Counted from the stretch's first letter, positions 1 through 8,411 are shown. The stretch: DNA of 58,092 bases from an uncultured Nitrospiraceae bacterium (GCA_964364055.1 CAYILT010000001.1:2584-60675), one strand, 5' to 3'. Notes: generated by a model not told the origin, from the sequence alone. Translations and numbers: made by a program.

Positions 1-1
1 C

Positions 2-1315
2 GCCTCGGCACAGACGGGCACGGGCAAGACGGCGGCATTCGTGCTGCCGGCGCTCCAGCGCCTCACCGTCCCCTCGACCGCCAAGGGCAAGGGGCCCCGC
101 ATCCTCGTGCTCACGCCGACCCGGGAGCTTGCCAATCAGATCACCGAAGCGGTCCGCACCTATGGGAAGTTCATGCGCCTGCGCACCGGCGCCATCCTGG
201 GCGGCATGCCCTATTTCGAGCAGCAGCGGCTCCTGGCCCAGCCCGTGGACATCATCGTCGCCACGCCGGGCCGGCTTATCGACCACCTCGAAGCGGGGCG
301 CATCAGTATGGCTCGTGTGGAGCTTCTCGTCCTTGACGAGGCGGACCGCATGCTGGACATGGGTTTCAGCGAGGCGGTAAGCACCATTGCCGCTGCCACG
401 CCTGAAGGGCGCCAGACGCTGCTGTTCACGGCGACGTGGGACGGGGCCATGGAAAAGCTGGCCAAGCGCCTGATGAAGGAACCGGTGCGGATTGCCGTCG
501 CCGGGAAGAAGGCCACGCTCGAGCAGATCGAGCAGCGCCTTCACACCGCTGATGACATGCAGCACAAGAACCGGCTCCTGAACCATCTGATCGCCGACAG
601 CGGCATGACGCGGGCGATCATTTTCTCGTCCACCAAGCGGAATGCCGATCAGCTGGCGCGGGAACTCGCTTCCCGGGGCCACTCGGCCGAGGCCCTGCAC
701 GGTGACATGACCCAGGGCGCGCGCAACCGTACCATCATGAACATGAGGCGCGGCAAGATACGCCTGCTCGTAGCCACGGACGTGGCGGCGAGGGGCCTCG
801 ATGTCACGGGCATCACTCATGTGATCAACTACGATCTGCCGAAGAACGCCGAGGACTACGTCCACCGCATCGGCCGCACCGGCCGCGCCGGCGCTTCAGG
901 CATCGCCATTTCGTTCGTGTCTTTCCGGGAGCTCGATGAGCTCAGGAGGATCGAGCGGTATATCGGTCAGTCCCTGCCGCAGCAGGTGATCCCGGGCCTG
1001 GAGCCTGCCCGCCCCTTGCAGCAGGGGAGCGGCAGGGTGGGTTATAACAACGGAAGGTCGGCAGGCGGAAGGGGAACGGCAGCGACGGCAGGGCGCCGGT
1101 TCAGCAAGGCCCCCTCGTACCGGAGCGATGCCAGACCCTCGACCGGCAGGAAACCCTATTCCGAGTCCCGGAGCGACGCCAGGCCCTCAACCGGCAGGAA
1201 ATCCTATTCCGACAGCGCTTATGCCGGGGACCGGAAGCGTGATGCGAAACAGCAGGGTGGATGGGCAGGGGATGTTCGAAAGACCCAGGCGTTTCGCAAG
1301 GCCAGCTGGACGTAA
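2..1315 (+). CDS. DEAD-box ATP-dependent RNA helicase (5' end off-window)
   Basis: The frame of ORF 41..1315 stays open back to base 2 and reads AQTGTGKTAAF (motif I). Downstream motifs are VLDEADRMLDMGF (DEAD), FTATW and HRIGRTGRAG (motif VI). The C-terminal tail is basic and rich in R/S/G. Confidence 0.9.
   Translation, partial: ASAQTGTGKTAAFVLPALQRLTVPSTAKGKGPRILVLTPTRELANQITEAVRTYGKFMRLRTGAILGGMPYFEQQRLLAQPVDIIVATPGRLIDHLEAGRISMARVELLVLDEADRMLDMGFSEAVSTIAAATPEGRQTLLFTATWDGAMEKLAKRLMKEPVRIAVAGKKATLEQIEQRLHTADDMQHKNRLLNHLIADSGMTRAIIFSSTKRNADQLARELASRGHSAEALHGDMTQGARNRTIMNMRRGKIRLLVATDVAARGLDVTGITHVINYDLPKNAEDYVHRIGRTGRAGASGIAISFVSFRELDELRRIERYIGQSLPQQVIPGLEPARPLQQGSGRVGYNNGRSAGGRGTAATAGRRFSKAPSYRSDARPSTGRKPYSESRSDARPSTGRKSYSDSAYAGDRKRDAKQQGGWAGDVRKTQAFRKASWT
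1121..1216 (+). repeat. 48-bp tandem duplication inside the helicase tail
   Basis: cggagcgatgccagaccctcgaccggcaggaaaccctattccgagtcc is followed by a near-identical copy. The protein reads RSDARPSTGRKPYSES / RSDARPSTGRKSYSDS. Confidence 0.85.
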
Positions 1316-1350
1316 AGCCGGCCAGGAAGAAAAATACCCATGAACTGAAA

Positions 1351-1381
1351 AAGCGCCTTGTTTACAAGGCGCTTTTTTTTG
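1351..1381 (+). terminator. Rho-independent terminator after the helicase
   Basis: Hairpin agcgccttg-ttta-caaggcgct followed by a run of 8 T. Confidence 0.8.
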
Positions 1382-1930
1382 GTCTTCTCCTCACAGCGTG
1401 GGTTAGCAACAGGGCGGGTCGGTTTTCCGCTCGGCATACATCATGTTTTTTTTGGGCGGCTCATCGCTCTGCCGCACAGCATGCCAGCAAGCGACGTGGT
1501 CGTATAACGATATTCAGCTTTCCAAGCGCACTTTCGCTGCGCACGTGCAGGCCGGATTTTTTCTTATCCGGTCCATTTCAAGTGCATGCTTTATCGCGGC
1601 TATCGCGTCAGAGCCACCCGGCGCAGGGGTACGTCAAAAGCATTAGCCTGTGAATCCGGGAGCGCGCACATTCCCCGTAGTTTGCTGCGGGGTTGGGTAA
1701 AGACGTAAGCCTTTGCTTATCAAGAGCGCCCTGCATCCCACGAACAGGTTCGCGCACAAGCATGCCCGAAATAAAGCAGGGAAAACCACGGATCATGCCT
1801 GCGCGTGCGCAGCGTAAGCGCACATGGATGACCGTATCGTTATAGGTAAACCAGAAGACAACTTGGCATGCCTGCGCGGAACTGTGAATGGCGGTGCAGA
1901 AAAAGAAAAGGATATTGAGGTTGCGATCCT

Positions 1931-2377
1931 TTATGCAATGAAGCTCTCCACCCACTGGACCAGTTCGGCCGATTCCCGGGGAGCGCCGTCCATGCGGCCG
2001 AGCTGCTTGGAGTTCCGGAACGCGATGAAGGTGGGTGAGACCTGGACCGAGAAGAGCAGGGCAAGACCGGGCTCGGCGTCGATATCCACTTTTAGCACCT
2101 TCAGTTTGCCTGCCCGCGAGAAGGCGATGTCGGCCACGGCAGGATCAATGGTCTTGAACAAGGCGCTCTCCTTATCCCAGAACACGACGAGCGCCGTCTC
2201 GAACCATGAGGAGAGCTCCTGGTCAAAGGACGCGGCCGTGGCGTTCATCGCCTGGAAAGGGAAGTCGAGGAGGGCCTTGCATTTGCCGCATATCGGGTTC
2301 TGACTGAGGCGTTTCGCCGGGACCCGGTTCAGGGCATTACAGGTTCTGCAGCGGAGCAGTGCGGAGTCGTTCGCCAT
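1931..2377 (-). CDS. Thioredoxin-2-like protein with N-terminal zinc finger, lacking the CXXC active site
   Basis: N-terminus CRTCNALNRVPAKRLSQNPICGKCK (CxxC..CxxC). The Trx-fold region reads VVFWDKESALFKT where WCxxC is expected. The start is taken at ATG 2377 (MANDS); the track ORF begins at a TTG at 2425. Confidence 0.65.
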   Translation of the reverse strand: MANDSALLRCRTCNALNRVPAKRLSQNPICGKCKALLDFPFQAMNATAASFDQELSSWFETALVVFWDKESALFKTIDPAVADIAFSRAGKLKVLKVDIDAEPGLALLFSVQVSPTFIAFRNSKQLGRMDGAPRESAELVQWVESFIA

Positions 2378-2421
2378 AGGAGGATGCCGGTCCCCCGGCC
2401 GGGAAAAATACCGGTCAGAGA

Positions 2422-2880
2422 TCAATAGCTCGTATAGTTGAGGAGATTCTCGATCCAGTTCAGGAACTCGCTCTTGTCCTTTGGTGCGCCGTCCATACGG
2501 ACGGCGAATACGCCGTTCTTATATACGAGAAAGGCCGGTGTCTTGGTGACGGTGAAACGCTGGGCCAGATAGGCCTCCGCCTCGATGTCGACCTTCAGGA
2601 CCTTGAGCTTGCCGGGCTTCCGGGCGATGAGCTCGGTGATCAGGGGTTCGTAGATCTTGCAGTAGAGGCACCACGAGGACCAGAAGAAAATGAGAAGGGT
2701 CTCCGGCCAGTATGCGACATCGCGGTCGAAGCTCGCGGCCGTTGCATGGAGAGGCTGCCTCGGGACCTCGAGGACGGTCTTGCAACTGCCGCAGCGGGGC
2801 CCGCTCTCAAGCTTTTCCTGGGGAACGCGGTTCAGGCCCAGGCAATTAGTGCAGCGTATGATAAGAGGGGTTTCGGACAT
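2422..2880 (-). CDS. Thioredoxin-2-like protein (zinc finger plus WCLYC redox site)
   Basis: CTNCLGLNRVPQEKLESGPRCGSCK followed by FFWSSWCLYCKIYEP. It is a paralog of the downstream gene. The start is taken at MSETPL (2880). Confidence 0.75.
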   Translation of the reverse strand: MSETPLIIRCTNCLGLNRVPQEKLESGPRCGSCKTVLEVPRQPLHATAASFDRDVAYWPETLLIFFWSSWCLYCKIYEPLITELIARKPGKLKVLKVDIEAEAYLAQRFTVTKTPAFLVYKNGVFAVRMDGAPKDKSEFLNWIENLLNYTSY

Positions 2881-3050
2881 GTCAGGTATCACCCTAATCC
2901 GCATAAAGCGGAATTGAAAATTTGAAATTGTAAATTGAAAAGTGCAAATTTAACAAAAATAGATGCGCAGAAATAGTCGCTTCGTCCCGTATTAACAGCA
3001 CTTTTATGATCTTGACAAAATATTCTATCCATTTTGAGAAGAATTTAATT

Positions 3051-3191
3051 CCTTGGAGCCTCTTGCAAAAGTCTATTTGTAACCCTTCGACAAGCTCAGG
3101 GCGAACGGCGGCGTACTGAATATTCAGGGATTTTCCCGTTCGTGGTGAGCCTGTCGAACCATGAACGGGACTTTTGCAAGAAGCTCCTTGG
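3051..3191. repeat. MITE-like element with 23-bp terminal inverted repeats
   Basis: Left end ccttggagcctcttgcaaaagtc and right end gacttttgcaagaagctccttgg match at 20/23 as an inverted repeat. The interior carries a cgaacgg/ccgttcg palindrome and ttcgacaagctca/gagcctgtcgaa arms. Confidence 0.7.
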
Positions 3192-3273
3192 TTAATGCTT
3201 TTTGAAGCTGATCTTTCAGTATTTGCACTGAAGGTACGTTCTTGAGCCGCCCGGACTCATCGGGGTAGGCCCT

Positions 3274-3492
3274 TCAGGCCATGCCTGCCGGACCTTCGAC
3301 GCCGAAGAGGTCCCTCCCGTTCACCCAGATGGATGGAGAACCTTTGATCCCCCGTTTGACCGCTTCATCATACGGGATCGTATGGTACTCAACGTCGGCC
3401 CTCAGGTCCGACTCCGCCAGGGCGCGGTCGATATTCTCCCGCAGCTGGTGGTATGAGCCGCAGTGCTCGGACAGGTAGCAGTCGATCTTCAT
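3274..3492 (-). CDS. Small thioredoxin/glutaredoxin-fold protein
   Basis: 72 aa, MKIDCYLSEHCGSY...GIKGSPSIWVNGRDLFG. The cysteine pair near the N-terminus and the G-x-P-x-hydrophobic-x-x-G segment are typical of small Trx-fold proteins. Confidence 0.5.
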   Translation of the reverse strand: MKIDCYLSEHCGSYHQLRENIDRALAESDLRADVEYHTIPYDEAVKRGIKGSPSIWVNGRDLFGVEGPAGMA

Positions 3493-3566
3493 GGGAACGG
3501 TGAGCAGAGTACCCAAAGTGCGCACAGATTGCAATACCCTGACAATACCCGAAGAGGCCCGGGGAC

Positions 3567-3890
3567 CTATTTATGTCCCTGTTTCGCCAGCACATCATCC
3601 ACCCAGGACAGCGCTGCAGACACCGTGGGGAAGCCGATGGTGCTGGTAAGCACAATGATCGCATGTTGGAGCTCGGCCGGTTTCGCCCCCGCCTCAAGCG
3701 CTCTGCGCGCGTGGGAATGCACGGAGCCTTCGGCGCGAATGGCAGCCGCCGCGGCCAGCTGGACCAGCTCCAAGGTCTTTCTGTTCAGGGGGCCTGCCGC
3801 CTTGGTCGCCTTTCCGAGCGTTTCGAGCGATGTCATGACGCTTTTGTACCGCTTCGTGATGCTGGTGTATTGTTCCGGATATTTCGGCAT
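3567..3890 (-). CDS. Carboxymuconolactone decarboxylase / AhpD-like family protein
   Basis: LELVQLAAAAAIRAEGSVHSHARRALEAGAKPAEL matches the CMD core helix pair. The start at MPKYPE (atg 3890) is preferred over the longer track ORF. Confidence 0.7.
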   Translation of the reverse strand: MPKYPEQYTSITKRYKSVMTSLETLGKATKAAGPLNRKTLELVQLAAAAAIRAEGSVHSHARRALEAGAKPAELQHAIIVLTSTIGFPTVSAALSWVDDVLAKQGHK

Positions 3891-4018
3891 GGGTCCCTCC
3901 TGGAGATAACAACGTTTCATTCTATGATTCCTATCATACGGTAAGTGTAGAAAAAAGTATAGCATTAGTCAAGGCTGTCCGGCGGAAGAGGGGGTGGCAA
4001 TACAGCGAGAGAATGTAC

Positions 4019-4048
4019 TTGACAATAACAATTCTAAAGTGATAACAT
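4019..4048 (+). promoter_or_regulatory. Candidate sigma-70 promoter for the Fur/PerR gene
   Basis: TTGACA at 4019-4024, an 18-bp spacer, then TAACAT at 4043-4048. The ATG lies 21 nt downstream. ATAACA occurs twice in the spacer. Confidence 0.3.
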
Positions 4049-4068
4049 TTCCATTCAGAAGGCATTGC

Positions 4069-4476
4069 ATGGACCACCGCGGAGAGAAATATCGGGATTT
4101 GGGGTTCAAGCTCACCCCGCAACGGATCGCCATTCTCGACTATCTGGAGGGGAACCGCAGCCACCCCTCGGCCGAAGATGTGTACCGGGCGGTGCTCCGG
4201 AAGTTCCCGACCATGTCCTTTGCCACGGTCTACAACACCCTGGAAACGCTTAAACGCCGCGGGATGATCGGGGAACTCACCGGGGACCCCGGGAGAAAAC
4301 GGTTCGATCCCGATCCCGGGCCGCATCATCATCTTATCTGCACCCGCTGCAGGAAGATCGTGGATGTGCATGTCGAGTACCGGCTGCCCGTTGCCGACCA
4401 CGACCGGGCTGGATTTGACATCACGGGCAACCACATCGAGTTTCTCGGTACCTGCCCTGTCTGTAAGAAGCAATAA
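4069..4476 (+). CDS. Fur-family metalloregulator, PerR-like by context
   Basis: LTPQRIAILDYL...HPSAEDVY...ATVYNTLETL (winged helix), HHHLICTRCRKI and CPVC (two CxxC pairs). It sits between peroxide-defence genes. Confidence 0.85.
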   Translation: MDHRGEKYRDLGFKLTPQRIAILDYLEGNRSHPSAEDVYRAVLRKFPTMSFATVYNTLETLKRRGMIGELTGDPGRKRFDPDPGPHHHLICTRCRKIVDVHVEYRLPVADHDRAGFDITGNHIEFLGTCPVCKKQ

Positions 4477-4506
4477 ATATCCCTGATAGAGGTAAGGAGG
4501 CTTTCT

Positions 4507-4944
4507 ATGTGTATGGCACATGAAATGAAGTGTACCTGCGGCGCCCGGTCCGTATCGTTCCATTTCAAGGACAACATCATGCCCGTGCAGGTGATCAAGG
4601 GGCTGTACTGCCCGTCGTGCTCGAACGAGGTGACCCCGGACCCATCGACCATGGTCTCGGACAACGGCTGGATCATCCGCTATGACATGGAAGCGGCGAA
4701 GTTCATGGGTGAAAAGCATATCAAGGGCAATATCACGCCGGGCCTGCTCTTCGACCACGGGTACTGCTCCTGGAACGGGGTGTATCCCGGCGATCACCTC
4801 GACAGCGTCCGGGAGCGGGAGAAGATCATCGCCTTGGCGAAGACGAACCCCGTGGAATATCTCAGGAAGCTCAAATCCTGGGCCGTCGAGAGAATGGAGA
4901 AACTGAAGAATGAAGGCTGGAGAAAAGCACAAAACGCGGCATAA
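4507..4944 (+). CDS. Cys-rich hypothetical protein
   Basis: AAGGAGG lies 7 nt upstream of the ATG. It contains CTCG and CPSC knuckles. I recognise no family. Confidence 0.6.
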   Translation: MCMAHEMKCTCGARSVSFHFKDNIMPVQVIKGLYCPSCSNEVTPDPSTMVSDNGWIIRYDMEAAKFMGEKHIKGNITPGLLFDHGYCSWNGVYPGDHLDSVREREKIIALAKTNPVEYLRKLKSWAVERMEKLKNEGWRKAQNAA

Positions 4945-4945
4945 G

Positions 4946-5101
4946 ATGCCGGAGGACTGCTTCGTGTCCGTGCCGGTCCTGATGACGGTCATTACCTGTC
5001 CGTCCTGCGGGACCGGTGTGGATATTTGGACCGGAGAGGAAGAGACGCGTTGTTTTGCCTGCAACCACAGGATCTTCAATAAACAGCGGGTCAATCACTG
5101 A
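4946..5101 (+). CDS. Small zinc-ribbon protein (51 aa)
   Basis: CPSCGTGV...CFACNH. The ATG comes 1 nt after the upstream stop. Confidence 0.4.
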   Translation: MPEDCFVSVPVLMTVITCPSCGTGVDIWTGEEETRCFACNHRIFNKQRVNH

Positions 5102-5105
5102 GTGA

Positions 5106-5171
5106 CGGGAGGACGAATGGAAGTGCCCGGTCTGCAAAGCAGGCAAGGAATCCTTCGAACAGGTGGCATGA
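5106..5171 (+). pseudogene. Rubredoxin C-terminal knuckle remnant
   Basis: Reads REDEWKCPVCKAGKESFEQVA-stop. This parallels [19 protein letters not shown] of the intact rubredoxin 70 nt downstream. A TGA lies immediately upstream and there is no start codon in frame. Confidence 0.5.
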
Positions 5172-5214
5172 CGACCCCCGTTGTAAAAAAATCTGCTACA
5201 ATACCAGCTATAGA

Positions 5215-5226
5215 TCACGATCGTGA
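5215..5226. promoter_or_regulatory. Perfect 12-bp palindrome upstream of rubredoxin
   Basis: tcacgatcgtga lies 12 nt upstream of the rubredoxin ATG and abuts its GGAGG. Confidence 0.3.
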
Positions 5227-5237
5227 AGGGAGGTGCT

Positions 5238-5369
5238 ATGTGGCGGTGTGCCGTGTGCGGTTACGAGTATGACGAGGCAAAAGAAGGGACGCCCTTCGAG
5301 AAGCTGCCCGACGACTGGACCTGTCCGGTCTGCAATGCACCAAAATCCGAATTTGAAAAAGTACGGTAA
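5238..5369 (+). CDS. Rubredoxin (43 aa; shorter than the shortest ORF in the track)
   Basis: [43 protein letters not shown]. It has both CxxCG and CPxC knuckles, and GGAGG lies upstream. Confidence 0.85.
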   Translation: MWRCAVCGYEYDEAKEGTPFEKLPDDWTCPVCNAPKSEFEKVR

Positions 5370-5391
5370 TAATCCATTTTAAGGAGGAATC

Positions 5392-5886
5392 ATGTCGAAG
5401 ACTGAACAGCATCTGAAGGAAGCATTCGCCGGCGAGTCCCAGGCGAACCGGAAGTATCTTGCCTACGCGAAGAAGGCGGATCAGGAGGGTTTCAAGCAGG
5501 CAGCCAGGCTGTTTCGCGCGGCCGCCGAGGCGGAAACCGTCCATGCCCATAACCATTTGCAGGAGCTCGGCGTGGTAAAGTCAACGAAGGAGAACCTTCA
5601 GGACGCCATCAACGGCGAGTCTTACGAGTTCCAGAAGATGTATCCGCAGATGATCGCGGACGCGAAAGCGGAAGGCAAGGACGGGGCGCTCAAAAGCTTC
5701 AACTACGCCAACGAGGTTGAGAAGGTGCACGCGGCCCTTTACCAGAAGGCCCTGGACAGCCTCGGCAAGAACGCGGACACCGATTATTACGTTTGCTCGG
5801 TCTGCGGCTATACCGCCGAAGGCCACGCCCCCGATGAATGTCCGGTCTGCAAGTCGAAGAAACAGGCGTTCAAGAAAGTGGAATAA
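5392..5886 (+). CDS. rbr: Rubrerythrin
   Basis: N-terminal di-iron four-helix region (ESQANRKYLAY, AEAETVHA). The C-terminal rubredoxin-like domain has CSVCGY...CPVCKS. Confidence 0.9.
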   Translation: MSKTEQHLKEAFAGESQANRKYLAYAKKADQEGFKQAARLFRAAAEAETVHAHNHLQELGVVKSTKENLQDAINGESYEFQKMYPQMIADAKAEGKDGALKSFNYANEVEKVHAALYQKALDSLGKNADTDYYVCSVCGYTAEGHAPDECPVCKSKKQAFKKVE

Positions 5887-5913
5887 GAGCGTCTTGACCC
5901 GTGGTATAATGAC

Positions 5914-5946
5914 GACGGCCGGTACGAGAGTGCCGGCCGTTTTTTA
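5914..5946 (+). terminator. Rho-independent terminator after rbr
   Basis: acggccggtac-gaga-gtgccggccgt followed by ttttt. Confidence 0.75.
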
Positions 5947-5974
5947 TTCTACGGCAAAATGAGGACCATGGATT

Positions 5975-6544
5975 ATGAAAGTCGTGGCATTTTTCGGCAG
6001 CCCCCGTATCCACGGGAACACCGACCTCCTGCTCGAGGAGGCGCTCAAACCCGTGCGGGAAACGGGGCATGAGGTCACGCTGTTCAAGCTGAACTTCATG
6101 AACATCAAGCCCTGCCAGAACTGCGGCGGCTGTGAGAAGACCGGCGTCTGCATTATCGACGACGGGATGAAGGAGGTCTACGACGCCATACGGGTAGCGG
6201 ACCGGTTTATACTCGCTTCGCCCATCTTCTTCTTCGCCTTGAGCGCGCAGTCCAAGGCCATGATCGACCGGTGCCAGTCCTTCTGGTGCGACAAGTATCT
6301 TCTGAAAAAGACCATCCCCGCCGGCCCCCACGGCAGGAAAGGGCTTTTAATCGTGGTGGGAGGCATGAAAAAGGAGGATGGCATACACTGCGCCGAGACC
6401 ACGGCAAAGGCATTCTTCCGGACCATCAGCGTGCCCGAGCATACGACCGTGAGCTTTCTGGGTGTTGACGCCAAAGGCGAGATCCTGAACCATCCCACCG
6501 CGATGAAGGACGTGTACGAGGCGGGGAAGAGATTGATCGGGTAG
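5975..6544 (+). CDS. Iron-sulfur flavoprotein / NADPH-dependent FMN reductase family
   Basis: Flavodoxin-like N-terminus MKVVAFFGSPRIHGNT. The compact CQNCGGCEKTGVC cluster motif (CX2CX2CX5C) resembles that of Isf proteins. Confidence 0.75.
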   Translation: MKVVAFFGSPRIHGNTDLLLEEALKPVRETGHEVTLFKLNFMNIKPCQNCGGCEKTGVCIIDDGMKEVYDAIRVADRFILASPIFFFALSAQSKAMIDRCQSFWCDKYLLKKTIPAGPHGRKGLLIVVGGMKKEDGIHCAETTAKAFFRTISVPEHTTVSFLGVDAKGEILNHPTAMKDVYEAGKRLIG

Positions 6545-6597
6545 AGGACTAGAGTCAGGGGTCAGGGGTCAGGGTCCTGCCTACTCTATGAAAGGTT

Positions 6598-7071
6598 GTG
6601 AGCGACGTGCTTCTCTATCTTGTCCAGCATGCGGAGGCAAAGAAGGAAGGGGAAGACCCCACGCGGGGGCTGACGGACAAGGGCTTCCGCGACATAGCGC
6701 TGACCGCCCTGTTCGCCCATGACCAGGGCGTTGCGGTAAGCAGGATCTACCACAGCGGGATAAAAAGGGCGCAGCAGACCGCGCAGGCCCTTGCCGATCA
6801 GGTGCATCCGAAAGAGGGCATGTCTGAAGCCGACTGGCTCGCGCCCATGGATGACCCGAAGATATGGGAAGAGCGTTTATCCAAAATGCATGAGGACATC
6901 ATGCTGGTGAGCCATCTTCCCTATCTGGCGAAACTGGCTTCCTTGTTACTATGCGCGGATGCTTCAAAGAACATCGTGGACTTCAAGAATGCCGGGATCA
7001 TATGCTTCAAGCGGTTCGACGACGGTCATTGGGCGGTGGAGTGGATGGTGACGCCGGAGATGGTGGGATGA
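6598..7071 (+). CDS. Histidine phosphatase family protein, SixA-like
   Basis: LYLVQHAEA (RHG-type motif with Q for R), LTDKG and SGIKRAQQTA. The start may be GTG 6598 or GTG 6607. Confidence 0.65.
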   Translation: MSDVLLYLVQHAEAKKEGEDPTRGLTDKGFRDIALTALFAHDQGVAVSRIYHSGIKRAQQTAQALADQVHPKEGMSEADWLAPMDDPKIWEERLSKMHEDIMLVSHLPYLAKLASLLLCADASKNIVDFKNAGIICFKRFDDGHWAVEWMVTPEMVG

Positions 7072-7148
7072 CGACAGGCATCACCGGCGGGGATAGTGAA
7101 AAGAGGACTTCCCGTTCGAGTGGATGCCATCGTTAGATGGATGTATTG

Positions 7149-7601
7149 TCATGAATCTCTTTTTTTTGTATATTCAGGATAGAGCTTTTTTTCGCACTCA
7201 GGGCAAATACCATGACTGAACTCAGTATCAGTATGTTCTGAGATGTAAGATTCTATTGGTTGCCAAAACGCCTTTTTAGTTATATTTGAATCTGAGATTC
7301 GTATTTTCTTGCAATTGGAACAGATAGACAAAAAGGATTCAAGTTTTCTAATATCGCTCAAGGCCTGCTCCAGATGACGTGCGTAAAGTATTAGCAAGCC
7401 AAAGAGTACGGCGCTCGCTAAACCGGTAATTCCACCCACAATCAAATGTTCCTCATCAAAATACGGTATTTCTGGGTGGATAAAACTGTCAACGATGGCA
7501 TTGAGATTGCTGATAAAAACCAGGGTAGAGAAATAAACAGCAATTTGAAGGGTTGTATTCTTGAAAAAAATTCCTTCGGGATGAAATATTTTATATTTCA
7601 T
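7149..7601 (-). CDS. Membrane protein with C-terminal Cys4 module
   Basis: Two hydrophobic segments, then CSNCKKIRISD...WQPIESYISEHTDTEFSHGICPECEKK. The gene is visibly AT-richer than its neighbours. Confidence 0.7.
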   Translation of the reverse strand: MKYKIFHPEGIFFKNTTLQIAVYFSTLVFISNLNAIVDSFIHPEIPYFDEEHLIVGGITGLASAVLFGLLILYARHLEQALSDIRKLESFLSICSNCKKIRISDSNITKKAFWQPIESYISEHTDTEFSHGICPECEKKLYPEYTKKRDS

Positions 7602-7797
7602 ATTTTATCCTTTTGAGCGACTGATTATCTGACAAGTGGTTGAGTAGCTGTCAGCCTTTCCTTTTACTATAGCAGAGTTTATAGTGCTGTGATGGTGGTT
7701 CTATAATAATGTCTCGTTTATCAGCGGCACATCTGTCGGCCATCTCCGGACATAATATCCCGGTTCGTATCGTATCAGATGGCCGCGCAACTCCACC

Positions 7798-8199
7798 TTA
7801 CCTGCACTGCAAGTATTCTACACCGTCCGCGAGGATGATGGGATAGCCGTTGCTGTTGCGTTTCACGACGGTCCTCACCGGCGCAAGCTGGCCATTCCCC
7901 GAGGAGATATACAGCTCGCCCTTGTCCACTTTCCAGCGGCCTCCGCCGCTGGAATCGCTCTGGCTGGCGTAACTGCCGTACTTCCCGCTTGTTGCGCCTT
8001 CGGCGCGGCCGCCTGTGCCGTAGGTGCCGTTCTTGTTGAAGTGTACCCTGGTCGTGTTCGAATAGCCGGTCGTCTTGTTGTAGGAGAAGGTGCACCAGGC
8101 GCTGGACAGGAGCAGGTCGTTCGAGATGCCCCCGGCCTGGACTGGAAGGGCGATGGAGAAAAATACTGCGGTGATGATAAACGCGATGATCCTTTTCAT
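7798..8199 (-). CDS. Secreted hypothetical protein
   Basis: Signal peptide MKRIIAFIITAVFFSIALPVQA, with GGAGG upstream. The mature part is rich in G/S/T. Confidence 0.65.
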   Translation of the reverse strand: MKRIIAFIITAVFFSIALPVQAGGISNDLLLSSAWCTFSYNKTTGYSNTTRVHFNKNGTYGTGGRAEGATSGKYGSYASQSDSSGGGRWKVDKGELYISSGNGQLAPVRTVVKRNSNGYPIILADGVEYLQCR

Positions 8200-8411
8200 G
8201 GCTACCTCCGCTGTCTAAGGGACCTTTAATATATTATTGAGCTTTGCATATTAAATGGAAAAATTTTCCCCTTCCTCGATGGGAGGGTTTATCGGTGCAA
8301 TGCAGCTTTCCTTTATTTACGCAATACTCAATAGCAGCATCAACAAGCGCACCCTGAAGGGTGCGGCTACCACTGACAATGCAGTGTCGCTGACAATGGC
8401 AGTCGCAGGCT

